From the NCBI GenBank assembly GCA_946965045.2, contig OX337229.1, forward strand, positions 5,394,001-5,458,000: 64,000 nucleotides of DNA. The letters are read 5' to 3'. The stretch comes from Epithemia pelagica. Taxonomy: Eukaryota > Protista > Bacillariophyta. Made by a program: the position numbers and the translations under genes. Of the stretch, positions 30,432 to 40,933 are shown one piece after another. Each line of letters begins with the position of its first letter. The stretch's first letter is position 1. The notes beneath the pieces were generated by a model, which was given only the letters and a program-made list of their open reading frames with translations, was not told the DNA's origin and did not search any database.

Positions 30432-31874
30432 CTAGTTGCTCGCAATGGGAGGGATGCTGTCGTTGGAAAAGGAAAATGCCACCCCCTTAAAAGCCTTGCA
30501 TTTTTTGGCGACCACGACCGTGGCAACGAGTGAAGGTTTCCTGTCTTTTTTCAAAATATCCTCCATGGCGACTGCCACCGATGCCATGTCCTTCTCTTTG
30601 AAACCACGACGGGTCAATACTTGGGTGCCCAAGCGCAATCCGGTAGCACCCGATTCTGCCGTATCTGTTGGCAATTCTTGAGGATTCACAAAGATTCCCG
30701 CTTCATCCAACAACCTTGTGGCTTGAGCACCCTGGACACCTTCCAGATCCACAATGATTTCATGTGTCGAAGAAAAACCTTGATCTGCACACAGCACTTT
30801 GAACTTGCGACGAACCATTTCCTGGGCCAAGGCCCGCGTATTGGCCACAACTTGCTTCGCATAGGCCGTACCAAACTCTTTCATTTCCAGCAGGGTCATG
30901 CACAAGGCCGCCGTTTCATGAAAGTGAGTGTTAGACGTGAGAATGGGCATGACGGCTTCCCGAATCTTGGGTGTGAACTCCCGAATCTTGGGTGTGAACG
31001 ACGGATCGTTGTACAAGACAATGCCATGATCGGCCGAATGAAGAGACTTGCCCGTTGATGATGTGACAATGTCAGCATACTTCATGAGATCGGCTTGAAA
31101 GACGCCTCCTGCGACCAATCCAGCCACATGAGACATATCATACAGCAGCTTGCAATTGTGTTTCTCGCAAATCTTCTTGATGGCCGGCAAATCGTGTTCA
31201 AAGAGCATTTCACTCCAACCAACAATCAACAAGGCGGGCTTGTGCTTCTTCATGGCGACACGAAGAGCGTCAAGTTTCACATTGTATGTGTTCTGATTCC
31301 ATGGAGTGGTAACGATTTTGGCTCCAAACAAACGCGTTAGAGGTCCTCCGGCATTATGGGAGTAGTGTCCTCCATTCTTGGCAGGAGATGCCATGACTGT
31401 CAAGCCACGCTTGGGAAGTGTTGCGTTGTAGGCCGCGATATTGGCCAACATGCCCGACAAGAATTGGACCTCACAGTACGTGGCATCAAAGACTTCACAG
31501 AGAAGCGAGCGCGTCTGTCGCTCAATATCATCAATATCCGCGCATCCTCCGTAGAATCGATTTCCAGGCAACCCAATACAGAAAGAGTTCATGAGAGCAC
31601 TGCCCCTAATCTGACGAACCTCGTTGGAACAATATGAGTTGCTTGCTACCAAGTCAAAGGAACACTGTGCATGGCGCTGGTGACGATCCACCTTGGAGAT
31701 CAACATATCTTGAGCGACTTCGTTGAGCGATCGGCTACTCAGGTCCGTCTCGGTTAGGCCACTTTCGTCCAGAGCATCAAGTTTAGTTCCAAGTCTCCGA
31801 TCAAGCGTTTTGTTCTTACGAATGACTTTGTCTGTTGAGCACAGTTGCTCTTCCTTACTTTGTTCTGCACCCAT
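30432..31874 (-). CDS. Atypical serine hydroxymethyltransferase-fold PLP enzyme (480 aa)
   Basis: LVASNSY, GLPGNRFYGGC, LSGMLAN, GGHYSH, YDMSHVAGLVAGG, PLP-lysine motif TSSTGKS and GLRLGTQVLTRRG. Several canonical SHMT residues are substituted (see findings). Confidence 0.85.
   Translation of the reverse strand: MGAEQSKEEQLCSTDKVIRKNKTLDRRLGTKLDALDESGLTETDLSSRSLNEVAQDMLISKVDRHQRHAQCSFDLVASNSYCSNEVRQIRGSALMNSFCIGLPGNRFYGGCADIDDIERQTRSLLCEVFDATYCEVQFLSGMLANIAAYNATLPKRGLTVMASPAKNGGHYSHNAGGPLTRLFGAKIVTTPWNQNTYNVKLDALRVAMKKHKPALLIVGWSEMLFEHDLPAIKKICEKHNCKLLYDMSHVAGLVAGGVFQADLMKYADIVTSSTGKSLHSADHGIVLYNDPSFTPKIREFTPKIREAVMPILTSNTHFHETAALCMTLLEMKEFGTAYAKQVVANTRALAQEMVRRKFKVLCADQGFSSTHEIIVDLEGVQGAQATRLLDEAGIFVNPQELPTDTAESGATGLRLGTQVLTRRGFKEKDMASVAVAMEDILKKDRKPSLVATVVVAKKCKAFKGVAFSFSNDSIPPIASN
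30958..30999. repeat. Perfect 21-bp tandem duplication inside the SHMT-like CDS (FTPKIRE x2)
   Basis: tcccgaatcttgggtgtgaac at 30958 and 30979; in frame. Confidence 0.95.
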
Positions 31875-33154
31875 GGTTTCCTGCTTAGTGCGTTTCTTTC
31901 GGTATTGTCAGGTTTGTTTTGTGGAATAATGTGGAGAACGTACACCGTTTTGATTTTTACACGGTATGGTATCTTTCCCACTCGCGAATCGCTTACTGCG
32001 CGACCGGTAATATGTATACTCTCCAGCGTCTTTAATCAAGTGGAAAACGGGGGTGTAAATCCATTTCTTTTTATAGTGTTTTTCCATACAACTCCATACT
32101 CCTAGAGGTGCCATATGGATTAATTCAGGCTGAGAAGTAAAATAGCTTGTCGACGTCCATGACACATACATGATGCATGTGCGAAAGGCGTTGTGGGATC
32201 AGTGCGGCACAATCCAGACACACATCTACACATAACAATTAACAAGCACTCGTAGATTCATTCCTACAATCAATACTATTGTAATACTCGGAACAGATGG
32301 CACGACGGTTCTTTCTTCTTTCCTGCAGTTTCGGTCGCTTGTATTGCTCTCAAATCTTCGTGAACAAGTTGAGAGCGAGCCACACATCATCAATATCATG
32401 ACATCACTTCGTCCATCATTTGCGGGTAAGAAGAAGACAACCTGTTTGGATCTGTCCTCCAAGTTATGTGGTCAATGTGGGATCTTGTCTTGTTGTAGTC
32501 GGAGGGCCAGACGAAGCTTGCGTTCTGTGGAGGTCAGGGACACCCAACGCAACATTGTTTGGGACCTGCCAAAAATATCAAATGTGGCTGTAGAATTTGG
32601 TTGGCCGTCATTTTTGCGATTGGTGGTAACTCTTGTGATCGTACGATTGAAACGCTGCCACTGGCGGACAAGAGCTCTGCTTGTTTTGTTCATTTGATGG
32701 CTCTTGGCAAGTCTCCAATCCGAACAGAGCATAATTTATAGTTTGTAGGTCGAGAAAAGATACACGAGAGAAAAGCACTCCATTGTTTGCTCGTCAGACG
32801 GCAAAAGGTCCCTATCCATCCACACCATACTATGGGATAAGATGAAGACAGATGAAATGATCGGATCATGGGAATTTTACAAAGTCCAAATGTAGCGGTC
32901 TGCCTTGTTTGTACAACTGGTTGCTGCATAAGAGATCGTCAGCTTTGTTGCGTTGCCAATCAGAATTGGATGACAATGGATCCCAAGTAATCGTTCAAAC
33001 CAGGGCTTAATCCAGTACTTTATCATAGTATGCAGCCAGAAAGTTTAGGGTGTCGCCAATGAGGGCCACTTGTACCATCTTGGCCATCACTCCACGGCCA
33101 AGCTAGTGATATTGACGGTGGTTGATACCGACTGTGTCGTCACATGGAGTTTTT

Positions 33155-35980
33155 TCACACTGCGAGAATGGCGTAGTTTCGTCGGATAAGGATGATACTA
33201 AGCAACACCAGCAATGTCCCTGGGATAATGAGAAGATTCAAAAGATGCCGGATACTGATGAGACCCATGAACGTAATAAACAGATCACCAACAGCGCGTC
33301 CCCCTGTTCCGACAAGTGTTGTCAGAAGGCCCGAGTTGAATGTCCCTTGCGCTAAACTTGAGGGCGTCACCTTGGTCATCAATGATGCAACGAAGCTCTC
33401 GCATGCTTCAATGCCGCTAAACGAAATTAGGCTCCCGACGACGTACTGAGCTGGTCCTACCGCAAGAAACTGATCTTCGTTGTATCTGTCGTTGTTCTCC
33501 GGATCGTCTCGATTTCCAACCAGCAATGTCCTGAGGTCAGTGACATCAACAAGGAAAAGCATACCCACAAGAGTGATTGACAGGAACCACAGGGATAGGT
33601 AACGATCTTCATGGAACTGTGACAGGTAGCCAGCAAAAATCGTCACTGGAATCACAATAAGTCCGTTGACCAAATGAAGTGTCCCAACATTCTGAATCGA
33701 CCAGTCGTATCTGTTTTTGGTGACAATCGACGTAGATCCAACAATGCTTTCCAACGCGATCCTCTTGACCAAAATCAAAAACATACAAAGTGCCACTGCA
33801 TGGGTAATGTGCCTGGTGCAGTTGCAGAGTCCACAATGCAGCCAGTATGGTATGTTATTGGGTTCGTCTGCGGTTGGATCAGACAGTCGGTATGAATTGT
33901 CACTTTCCGCATTCGAAGAAATTGATTCGGAGTCATCAATGTTCTCAAAATCGTTACAATCAGATATTTGAGACACTAGCTTACTCACGATCCGTTGACT
34001 AGATGAGTCTCCTTCGCTATCGTCTTGGTGAGCGGAAGTAGCGAAATGTTCTGCCAGCCTTTCTCGACGCCTGAGTTCATCCAAACCAGACCGTTTTGGT
34101 TCTCGAAAGAGCATCACAATGGCAATTGAATACAAGCCCCATGCCAGCGCCATGAAGTATCCAGGTCCCGTCATGCCATTGAAATACTGGGTTCCAAGCA
34201 ATGGTACATGAAAATCAAACTCTTGCACACGGTCCAACAAAATGGCCAACCCAGGTCCTAGTGCAGCACCCAGTGCCGTAGCCGTGGCAAAAGCGGCACT
34301 AGATGCAGTCCGTAAAGCAAAGGGGGTCGCATCAGCCACATATCGTCGATTGATGATGCGAGGCGCCCCCAAGCCTTGCACGGCACGTCCCAACAAGCAC
34401 ATATCAATGGATTCGTAAGAATACGCATTGGCGTACATCCAGTTACCAATCACCATGAGCAAACCAGCAAAAAGAATGGGTTCTCTGTAGGATCGATTCG
34501 TCCAAAATGAGTATCCGACGGCAGCCGACAAGGCAAACCACGAGGCCATACCAATCATGAGGCCTGATAGTGCATCATTGACACCAAGTGCGTTAGCGTA
34601 GTACGCACTGCTTGGTTCAATCACGTAGTTGTTGCACATGAACAAGAAACAACTTATCAAATTCAAAATGAGAGGGACCACATTCTCTGTATCTAATTGG
34701 TCGTCTCGCCGTGATTCAATACTTTCTCCAACTAAAAACTCAATGCTTTCTTCCTCGTCGACCTTCCTTGACTCTCGGGAACTTCGCCACTGCGCAATGA
34801 CTTCCATTTCTTTCTTCAAATGGCGACCACTCATGCGTGCCCATGAGGGATCAAAGGAAGACAAAAATATCAAACTCGTTGATCCGAGTACGAGGTATTG
34901 TCGTAACTTGAGAAGGGTGCCAATGAAGCGATCTCGAAAGATAACATGACCAGCCGCGGCTCGTTCGACTGATTGTGAGCTTTTATCGAGTAGGGCAATG
35001 AAAGTTTCCCATTGCGAGCAAAAACGTTGGAGATACCGGGAAGTGCCGAGTGACTGTGGATATCTTTTCTCATAGTTAGATAGAAAGATGCTCCGTAGCT
35101 CTTCCAGTTCGTCCAGTGAAAAAAGCTTTTGAAAGTGATCTGGCTGATCCGCCGATTTCAGTTTAAAGTCTTGTTGCAAGCGCCACTCCGATATTTGAGC
35201 AGCATCAAACGTTCGCACAAACGCATCGTGTCGAATCATGATTTGGCGAATCGCAATGACATTGACTACCTCAAAGGCAAACAATTCGAGCAATTCATTT
35301 CCTAGTGCGTGGAATCGCACTATGTGAGCATGAGAGTCGGTCTCTGCGGATGGCAGTGTGGTTGTTGTTGATTGTGTTTCGTCGTGATTCATTTCCTTCA
35401 ATGTGGTCCGCAGAAGCGAAATTTTACTTTGAAAGAAAGTGGAACATTTCGTTATTTCGTTTTGCAGTAAATTCGAAAAATCATTGCGTTCCAAATTACG
35501 GAGTCGAAGTGTCGCACTGTACGAGGAGTGTTCTTCCACATCCCTTGTCGTCGTCTCAGGAGCAGATGTGGAAGGATATTCTTCGTCCTCAAACTCAATG
35601 TAGTTTGTTGTTTGATCAGGAAGGAAAATGGATCTCTCCGAATAGAAGCGCGAACTTTTCTTTTGGCCGCGCTGTTGGCCGTTTCCTCGTTGGGGTGGTG
35701 GTAGATATAGTTGCGCCATTAGACGGTTCCATGATTCCTGCTCGTTCTCGGTGAATAGTTTGCCGTCTCTCCGATAACGCCAAAGACGATGAAATAGTTT
35801 TCGACGTCTTGCGTATTCAGAAAGAGCAGACTTGAGGTTCGAGTAATTCACATAATGAGCGGACCAATCTTGTTGAGGCTCTATTCCATCTTCCTGTTTC
35901 GTCCCATCAAGGCCGTTTCCTTCTTCGAGTGCGTTTCCTCTCCGCACAGCTTCTTTCAAGTAGGATCCAAATCCTTTCAT
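33155..35980 (-). CDS. SPX-MFS transporter (vacuolar phosphate transporter-like, 941 aa)
   Basis: SPX start MKGFGSYLK...HYVNYSNLK and helix ELLELFAFEVVNVIAIR. MFS half has PLILNLISCFLFMCNNYVIEPSSAYYA, GRAVQGLGAPRIINRRYVAD and FNGMTGPGY, plus multiple TM segments. Confidence 0.92.
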   Translation of the reverse strand: MKGFGSYLKEAVRRGNALEEGNGLDGTKQEDGIEPQQDWSAHYVNYSNLKSALSEYARRRKLFHRLWRYRRDGKLFTENEQESWNRLMAQLYLPPPQRGNGQQRGQKKSSRFYSERSIFLPDQTTNYIEFEDEEYPSTSAPETTTRDVEEHSSYSATLRLRNLERNDFSNLLQNEITKCSTFFQSKISLLRTTLKEMNHDETQSTTTTLPSAETDSHAHIVRFHALGNELLELFAFEVVNVIAIRQIMIRHDAFVRTFDAAQISEWRLQQDFKLKSADQPDHFQKLFSLDELEELRSIFLSNYEKRYPQSLGTSRYLQRFCSQWETFIALLDKSSQSVERAAAGHVIFRDRFIGTLLKLRQYLVLGSTSLIFLSSFDPSWARMSGRHLKKEMEVIAQWRSSRESRKVDEEESIEFLVGESIESRRDDQLDTENVVPLILNLISCFLFMCNNYVIEPSSAYYANALGVNDALSGLMIGMASWFALSAAVGYSFWTNRSYREPILFAGLLMVIGNWMYANAYSYESIDMCLLGRAVQGLGAPRIINRRYVADATPFALRTASSAAFATATALGAALGPGLAILLDRVQEFDFHVPLLGTQYFNGMTGPGYFMALAWGLYSIAIVMLFREPKRSGLDELRRRERLAEHFATSAHQDDSEGDSSSQRIVSKLVSQISDCNDFENIDDSESISSNAESDNSYRLSDPTADEPNNIPYWLHCGLCNCTRHITHAVALCMFLILVKRIALESIVGSTSIVTKNRYDWSIQNVGTLHLVNGLIVIPVTIFAGYLSQFHEDRYLSLWFLSITLVGMLFLVDVTDLRTLLVGNRDDPENNDRYNEDQFLAVGPAQYVVGSLISFSGIEACESFVASLMTKVTPSSLAQGTFNSGLLTTLVGTGGRAVGDLFITFMGLISIRHLLNLLIIPGTLLVLLSIILIRRNYAILAV

Positions 35981-37565
35981 CCTCTACAGTATCCTAGGAG
36001 AAGATCAACCTGAACAACAACAATGGACTTTCTTAGCAGAACGACACGAAACCACCTTGTATTCTTAGGCTTGTCCAGTAACCACGCGTTGGAATGAGTG
36101 GTTTTGTGAGGGCCTGTGCTAGAAAGTGGGTATGGCGCCGTTCCTACACCGCGCCTGCAGCACTCTCTCGGTGGAGGAGGTGGGTAATGTCCGTCAGTAT
36201 CTCTCATATAGTACTATTTACTTAAAGAGAAAGTACACCAGGAACACAGAAGGCTTTCCGAAGTACTATTGCGTAATACTAAAAGCAGTACCATTTCTAA
36301 CCGTTATTACCCGTACATGATCTCATGAGGGTTGTGCACGTGCTAAGCATCATATCATTTATGCAAAAAAGTATTTCAACGCATGTCGCGGGGGGAGAAG
36401 CCTTATGCGACTTTCCTCACTTTTCTTGTTTCCCCGTACTCTTGGCTCTTCGTTGCTCTCCGCGACCCAAGATGACAACTAATTTGTCGGAACACAACTA
36501 ATTTCGGAACTTTGTGCCTTAAACAACAAGATCATCCCATTTCCCACCATGAACAAATGTTATGGAGCCGCAGCTGTATGCTTCCTCTACTCGGGACAAA
36601 ACACAAATCAAGCACCTCAAGTAAGTTCTTCTTCATTGGCATCTGTTTTAACTGAAAAAATGAATGGGAAAAGATTTGGATTGAGCATACTTGGCTTTGA
36701 GTTTCTTTGATTTGAGATCGGGAGCAAGCACGAGAAGGATACTTGCGCTACTTTCTCATGACTGTACCCAATCGGAGTTTTGCACCGAGTATGTGGCCAA
36801 ATGCTAGTCCCACCAAGGAGGACATCCAGATTGTGTTTGAAAAAGTAACAAGTCCCTAAAGTTTGAAGCGGATAAGCAACCTCTCTAACAACCAAAGAAT
36901 CCGGGTAACTCTGCGGCCAACGACTACCATGACCAATGTCGTGCAACGGCATTACGAAGTACATGTCAAAGCTGGAGGAATCTGTTATGGATACGTTGGG
37001 ATCATGCTATCACGAGCAATAGCAGGTCGCCATTCCAATCAGAGGGGCGGTTCTGTACTACTTGGTTTCCCGACTCATCAGCAGTTATCACTATTTTCGC
37101 GACATGCGACATGGAGGCTTGGAGACAATCCAACTGACAACGGGGAGCCGCATCGTTTCCTGTTGTTTGTTGTTGGAACAATCACTTTGATGTCTATTTA
37201 GGCTAATTGATGGAGAGAGGGTTCACTAGCTAGTGCTCCTGAGTCCTCTAAGTGCTCCTCCTTTTCCAGTGACAACAAGACATTTACTCCTAAGTTTGTG
37301 TAGATAGTAGGGGAGTATTATTTATTTTTTGTCTTTTTTGTTGAGCCGGTAGCTGTGCACTGTTGTGCACCAATCGCTGTTGGCTGTTGGCGTTTGGCGG
37401 TCGAGGAATGCCTTTGGAAATAATGGGGAAAATGGAAAAAATATTATTGAGACTTAAAAAAACAACTCCAAGTTGGCAAAATGAAAAATACGAGTAAGAC
37501 GCAAATTCTAGAACTGTGTTTGGATACGACATGCTCGTACCACATCGTAGAAGCGTGGGACACAC

Positions 37566-40496
37566 TTGACGTTATTTCCCACGTGGCATTTAATAAAACG
37601 GCGCATCTGGTTTTGGTCAGACGCTCGGAATGACCCCAAGTCGAGAATAAAAAACGACTCACACTCTTTTGAAGTGTACAAGTCGCGTTTGAAAGAAGAG
37701 TTCGGTTCCGGTTGGGTGTTATGTGTTTCTGGCTTTTCGAAAATTGTCTCTTTGGATTTGTTTATGGCTGCCATGCAGGAGCGCAACAACACATGCGCCA
37801 TGATTGGCCCTTCGTCTTGGAAAGGCTTACGTGATTTGGCAAGGTACTATCAAGTACCACAGGTTGGCCATTATTTTCAAATGGACACTCTTTTTGGTCC
37901 GAGTGCAACTTTCTCTGTCAACATGTTACCCTCCTTTCATGTTTACGGTCAAGTACTATTGTCATATTTGACACAGTACTTGTCACCTCGACGCAATGTG
38001 ATAGCAATCTTGCATGATCATTTTGAAGACATGCAGGCCATGGCATCGGTAGTTGTTTCCGCCGCTCCGGAATACAATGTGTCCTTCATTATCAATGAAG
38101 ATGGCCGTGGTATGACATTGCCCCCAGATCTTCGCTCGCAACGAGACAGGACAATGGTTGAGCGCATTCGGAATAGCGGTATTCGTACCGTTCTCTTATT
38201 CTTCCACAAAGCCTTTTTTCTACAACGATACGCCAACTATCTGGATGAGCAGGGAATGTTAGAGGGTGACTATCTCTACGTCTTGGTAGAGACTGCGTTC
38301 CCCATTTCGGAAGTTGACATGGTCATTCAGGACCTCTCACCAAACTCGGCCTACCACAAATTGATTGATGGAGCCTTGATAATTTCCAAAATTGATTGTT
38401 TCCACTGGCAGCAAGAGGCTGATCCATTTTTGCAGCAATGGAAAACGAACAACAAGACCACAGTGCAGACACTGAATCATGCAGTTCCATCCTATGCAGA
38501 GCAGTCGCCCGACTTTTTCCAGACGCAACAACCGGCCGATTTCACCTCCTATGTCTATGATGCGGTAGTGTCAGTGGGTTTGGGTGCTTGCTGGGCGGAG
38601 ACAAACGAAATGGAACAAAAGCAATCTCCACCGGCCTCTGGCAGTCCGAAAGGTCCTCCCGGTGGTTCCGTTCCAAATGGTGGCAAAGAAAGCTCCAATG
38701 GGGGTTCAGAGAAACTGGATAGTTCTGCTGGTGGTGGCGGTTTTCAAGATACTATGCAAGATCCTGGATCTGCTCCTGGTGGACCATCTGGTGCTGGGCC
38801 GCCAAAAGATGGTAAGAAATATGGACCACCCACCAAAGAATGGAGCCGACTTGATCCACATGTACGTGGTATGTTGGAAAGCAAGTTTTCAGGAGCATCT
38901 GGACCAGTTCAGTTTGAACGAGATGCTCATGATACTGTCCGTGAGAGCGGTCATGGGGCAGCCTTTGGAGCCTTCAACCTACGTATGTCAACCTCGGAAG
39001 CCGGACAAACGACCTACAAGTACGAAAACGTACTAACAGCAGTTTGGCGAAACAACGAATGGTCTCACAAGGAACCCTTCCGCTACCCAGACGGTTCGTA
39101 CCGCGCCCCTTCTCTGATTCGTTCAATAGACAACAATTACCTTTCCGAAGAAGTACGAATTTCAGGACTTGCCTTGATGGGATTTGCATGGTTGTTATCC
39201 CTTATATGCATTGTTGCCACCTGCTTTCTCAAAGAGAAGTGGTATGTGCGCTCTGCACAACCGGTTTTTATGATTGGTCTGTGCCTGGGGTCCGCTATTC
39301 TTGCGACATCTATCTACACCTTGTCATGGGATGAAGGAACTGAATGGACCGACATTGCTCTTGATCGTGCCTGCATGATGACACCTTGGTTCTTTTTCAT
39401 TGGTCATGTGTTGACATTTTGCTGTATCTTTACCAAATTATGGCGAGTCGACAAAGTTCTGCAGTTTCGAAGGGTCAAGGTTCAGCTTTCTAGTGTGACG
39501 GGACCACTTGTCATACTTTTGTCATTGACGGTTCTTGTTCTCACACTTTGGACCGTTCTTGACCCATGGGTATGGGAACGGGATGATGATTTGGATGCAG
39601 AAGACTTTCCTGAGTCGCATGGCAAATGTACCAATGGTAATGCCGGTCACTGGTGGGCGTTTTTCGGGCCCCTAGCCGGCCTTTTGGTGGTTTCTGAAGG
39701 TATCACTTTGGTCATGGCATTCAAGACGACAGACATCCCACAAGAACTCAGAGAATCGTCGGCTGTCATGGCTACTGTTTTCCTTCATTTGATATTGTGG
39801 ATTGTCGGTCTTCCAGTGCTTGGTCTCATCGAGGAGACATCGACCGACGCAACTTATCTTGGACGGGTATTGCTGATTTGGGTATTTTCTGTCTCAAGTT
39901 TGATACTGTGCATTTGCCCTTTTTTGTTCAAGGCGTTTAACCTGTCAAATTCTCAATCGTCGCAGAGTAGAAAGGAACGCGTTCGAGTGACGGGATTGAT
40001 ACCCCAGGATAGTGCTACATCATCGAAACACGGTCAAGACACGGCATCTACAGGACAACAATCAGATTCGCTCCAAGCAGCGTCAAAGCGCAACCAATTT
40101 TTCCATTTCGGATCGGCCCGAACCTTGAATAGCAACGCGAAACCTTCAGGAACTCCTGACTACCAGGAAGAAGCTCCTCCTCGTGTGTCTTCTGAGTCGA
40201 TAGAAATAGATGCCACCGATGAACTTCCGTCCACACAAACAGTTTCCGATCAGGAGACAACCAAATCTTCCAACGATCCAATCATTCAAGATACCGTCGA
40301 CGAGCAGCCAACGGTACTTTCCAGCGAACAAAATGAAATAGATACTGTCGACGATCCAGAATCAAGTCGAGGCGTTCCGTCCACAGAAGTAGAGACACAA
40401 ACAGTTGCCGATCAGGAGAACCAAATCTTCCAACGAACAAATCATTCAAGATACCGTCGACGAGCAGAGAACGGTACTTTCCAGCAAACAAAATGA
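37566..40496 (+). CDS. Class C (GABA-B-like) GPCR with Venus-flytrap-type ectodomain; 5' end unresolved
   Basis: Ectodomain YVYDAVVSVGLGAC and FSGASGPVQF. Seven hydrophobic segments from ~39150 with SAQPVF, IFTKLWRV and ELRES. The ORF has no signal peptide or ATG at its start, so upstream exons or a lesion are likely. Confidence 0.82.
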   Translation: MTLFPTWHLIKRRIWFWSDARNDPKSRIKNDSHSFEVYKSRLKEEFGSGWVLCVSGFSKIVSLDLFMAAMQERNNTCAMIGPSSWKGLRDLARYYQVPQVGHYFQMDTLFGPSATFSVNMLPSFHVYGQVLLSYLTQYLSPRRNVIAILHDHFEDMQAMASVVVSAAPEYNVSFIINEDGRGMTLPPDLRSQRDRTMVERIRNSGIRTVLLFFHKAFFLQRYANYLDEQGMLEGDYLYVLVETAFPISEVDMVIQDLSPNSAYHKLIDGALIISKIDCFHWQQEADPFLQQWKTNNKTTVQTLNHAVPSYAEQSPDFFQTQQPADFTSYVYDAVVSVGLGACWAETNEMEQKQSPPASGSPKGPPGGSVPNGGKESSNGGSEKLDSSAGGGGFQDTMQDPGSAPGGPSGAGPPKDGKKYGPPTKEWSRLDPHVRGMLESKFSGASGPVQFERDAHDTVRESGHGAAFGAFNLRMSTSEAGQTTYKYENVLTAVWRNNEWSHKEPFRYPDGSYRAPSLIRSIDNNYLSEEVRISGLALMGFAWLLSLICIVATCFLKEKWYVRSAQPVFMIGLCLGSAILATSIYTLSWDEGTEWTDIALDRACMMTPWFFFIGHVLTFCCIFTKLWRVDKVLQFRRVKVQLSSVTGPLVILLSLTVLVLTLWTVLDPWVWERDDDLDAEDFPESHGKCTNGNAGHWWAFFGPLAGLLVVSEGITLVMAFKTTDIPQELRESSAVMATVFLHLILWIVGLPVLGLIEETSTDATYLGRVLLIWVFSVSSLILCICPFLFKAFNLSNSQSSQSRKERVRVTGLIPQDSATSSKHGQDTASTGQQSDSLQAASKRNQFFHFGSARTLNSNAKPSGTPDYQEEAPPRVSSESIEIDATDELPSTQTVSDQETTKSSNDPIIQDTVDEQPTVLSSEQNEIDTVDDPESSRGVPSTEVETQTVADQENQIFQRTNHSRYRRRAENGTFQQTK

Positions 40497-40528
40497 AATA
40501 GATACTGTCGACGATCCAGAATCAAGTC
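40225..40528 (+). repeat. ~150-162-bp tandem repeat x2 in the GPCR C-terminal tail; second copy carries a 2-bp deletion
   Basis: acacaaacagtt(t/g)ccgatcaggag at 40233 and 40395 (period 162). gatccagaatcaagtc at 40353 and 40513 (period 160). gagacaacc versus gagaacc. Confidence 0.9.
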
Positions 40529-40933
40529 CACGCGATGATGGGGCGAATGCATAAATCAGTGGAAGAGCGAATACCAAAGGATACGAAGGATGAAGGATGG
40601 AACCAGTCCAAACGAAGTACAACCGTGGGAGATTTGTACCAAGCCCATGAGAGTGGACCATCAAAGGGGCGTCTCCTGAGAGTATTCATAACCACAGTCC
40701 TCAGCATCATAGGAATTGGACATGGAGCGAGCCCTCGCTGTTGCTTGCTTACAAAGTCATTGCGTCTGAGTTTGATATCGGGTTGTCAAAATACGTAATG
40801 GACCGCTCGTGGTACACACCGTCTCTTTAGATCCTATTGCAACGCGTGACCAAAACATTAGAAAGATGACTGATTGGGAACCGTGATTGCCAACACTTGC
40901 GTGATGATATGACATCTATATGCTAGATGCGTA

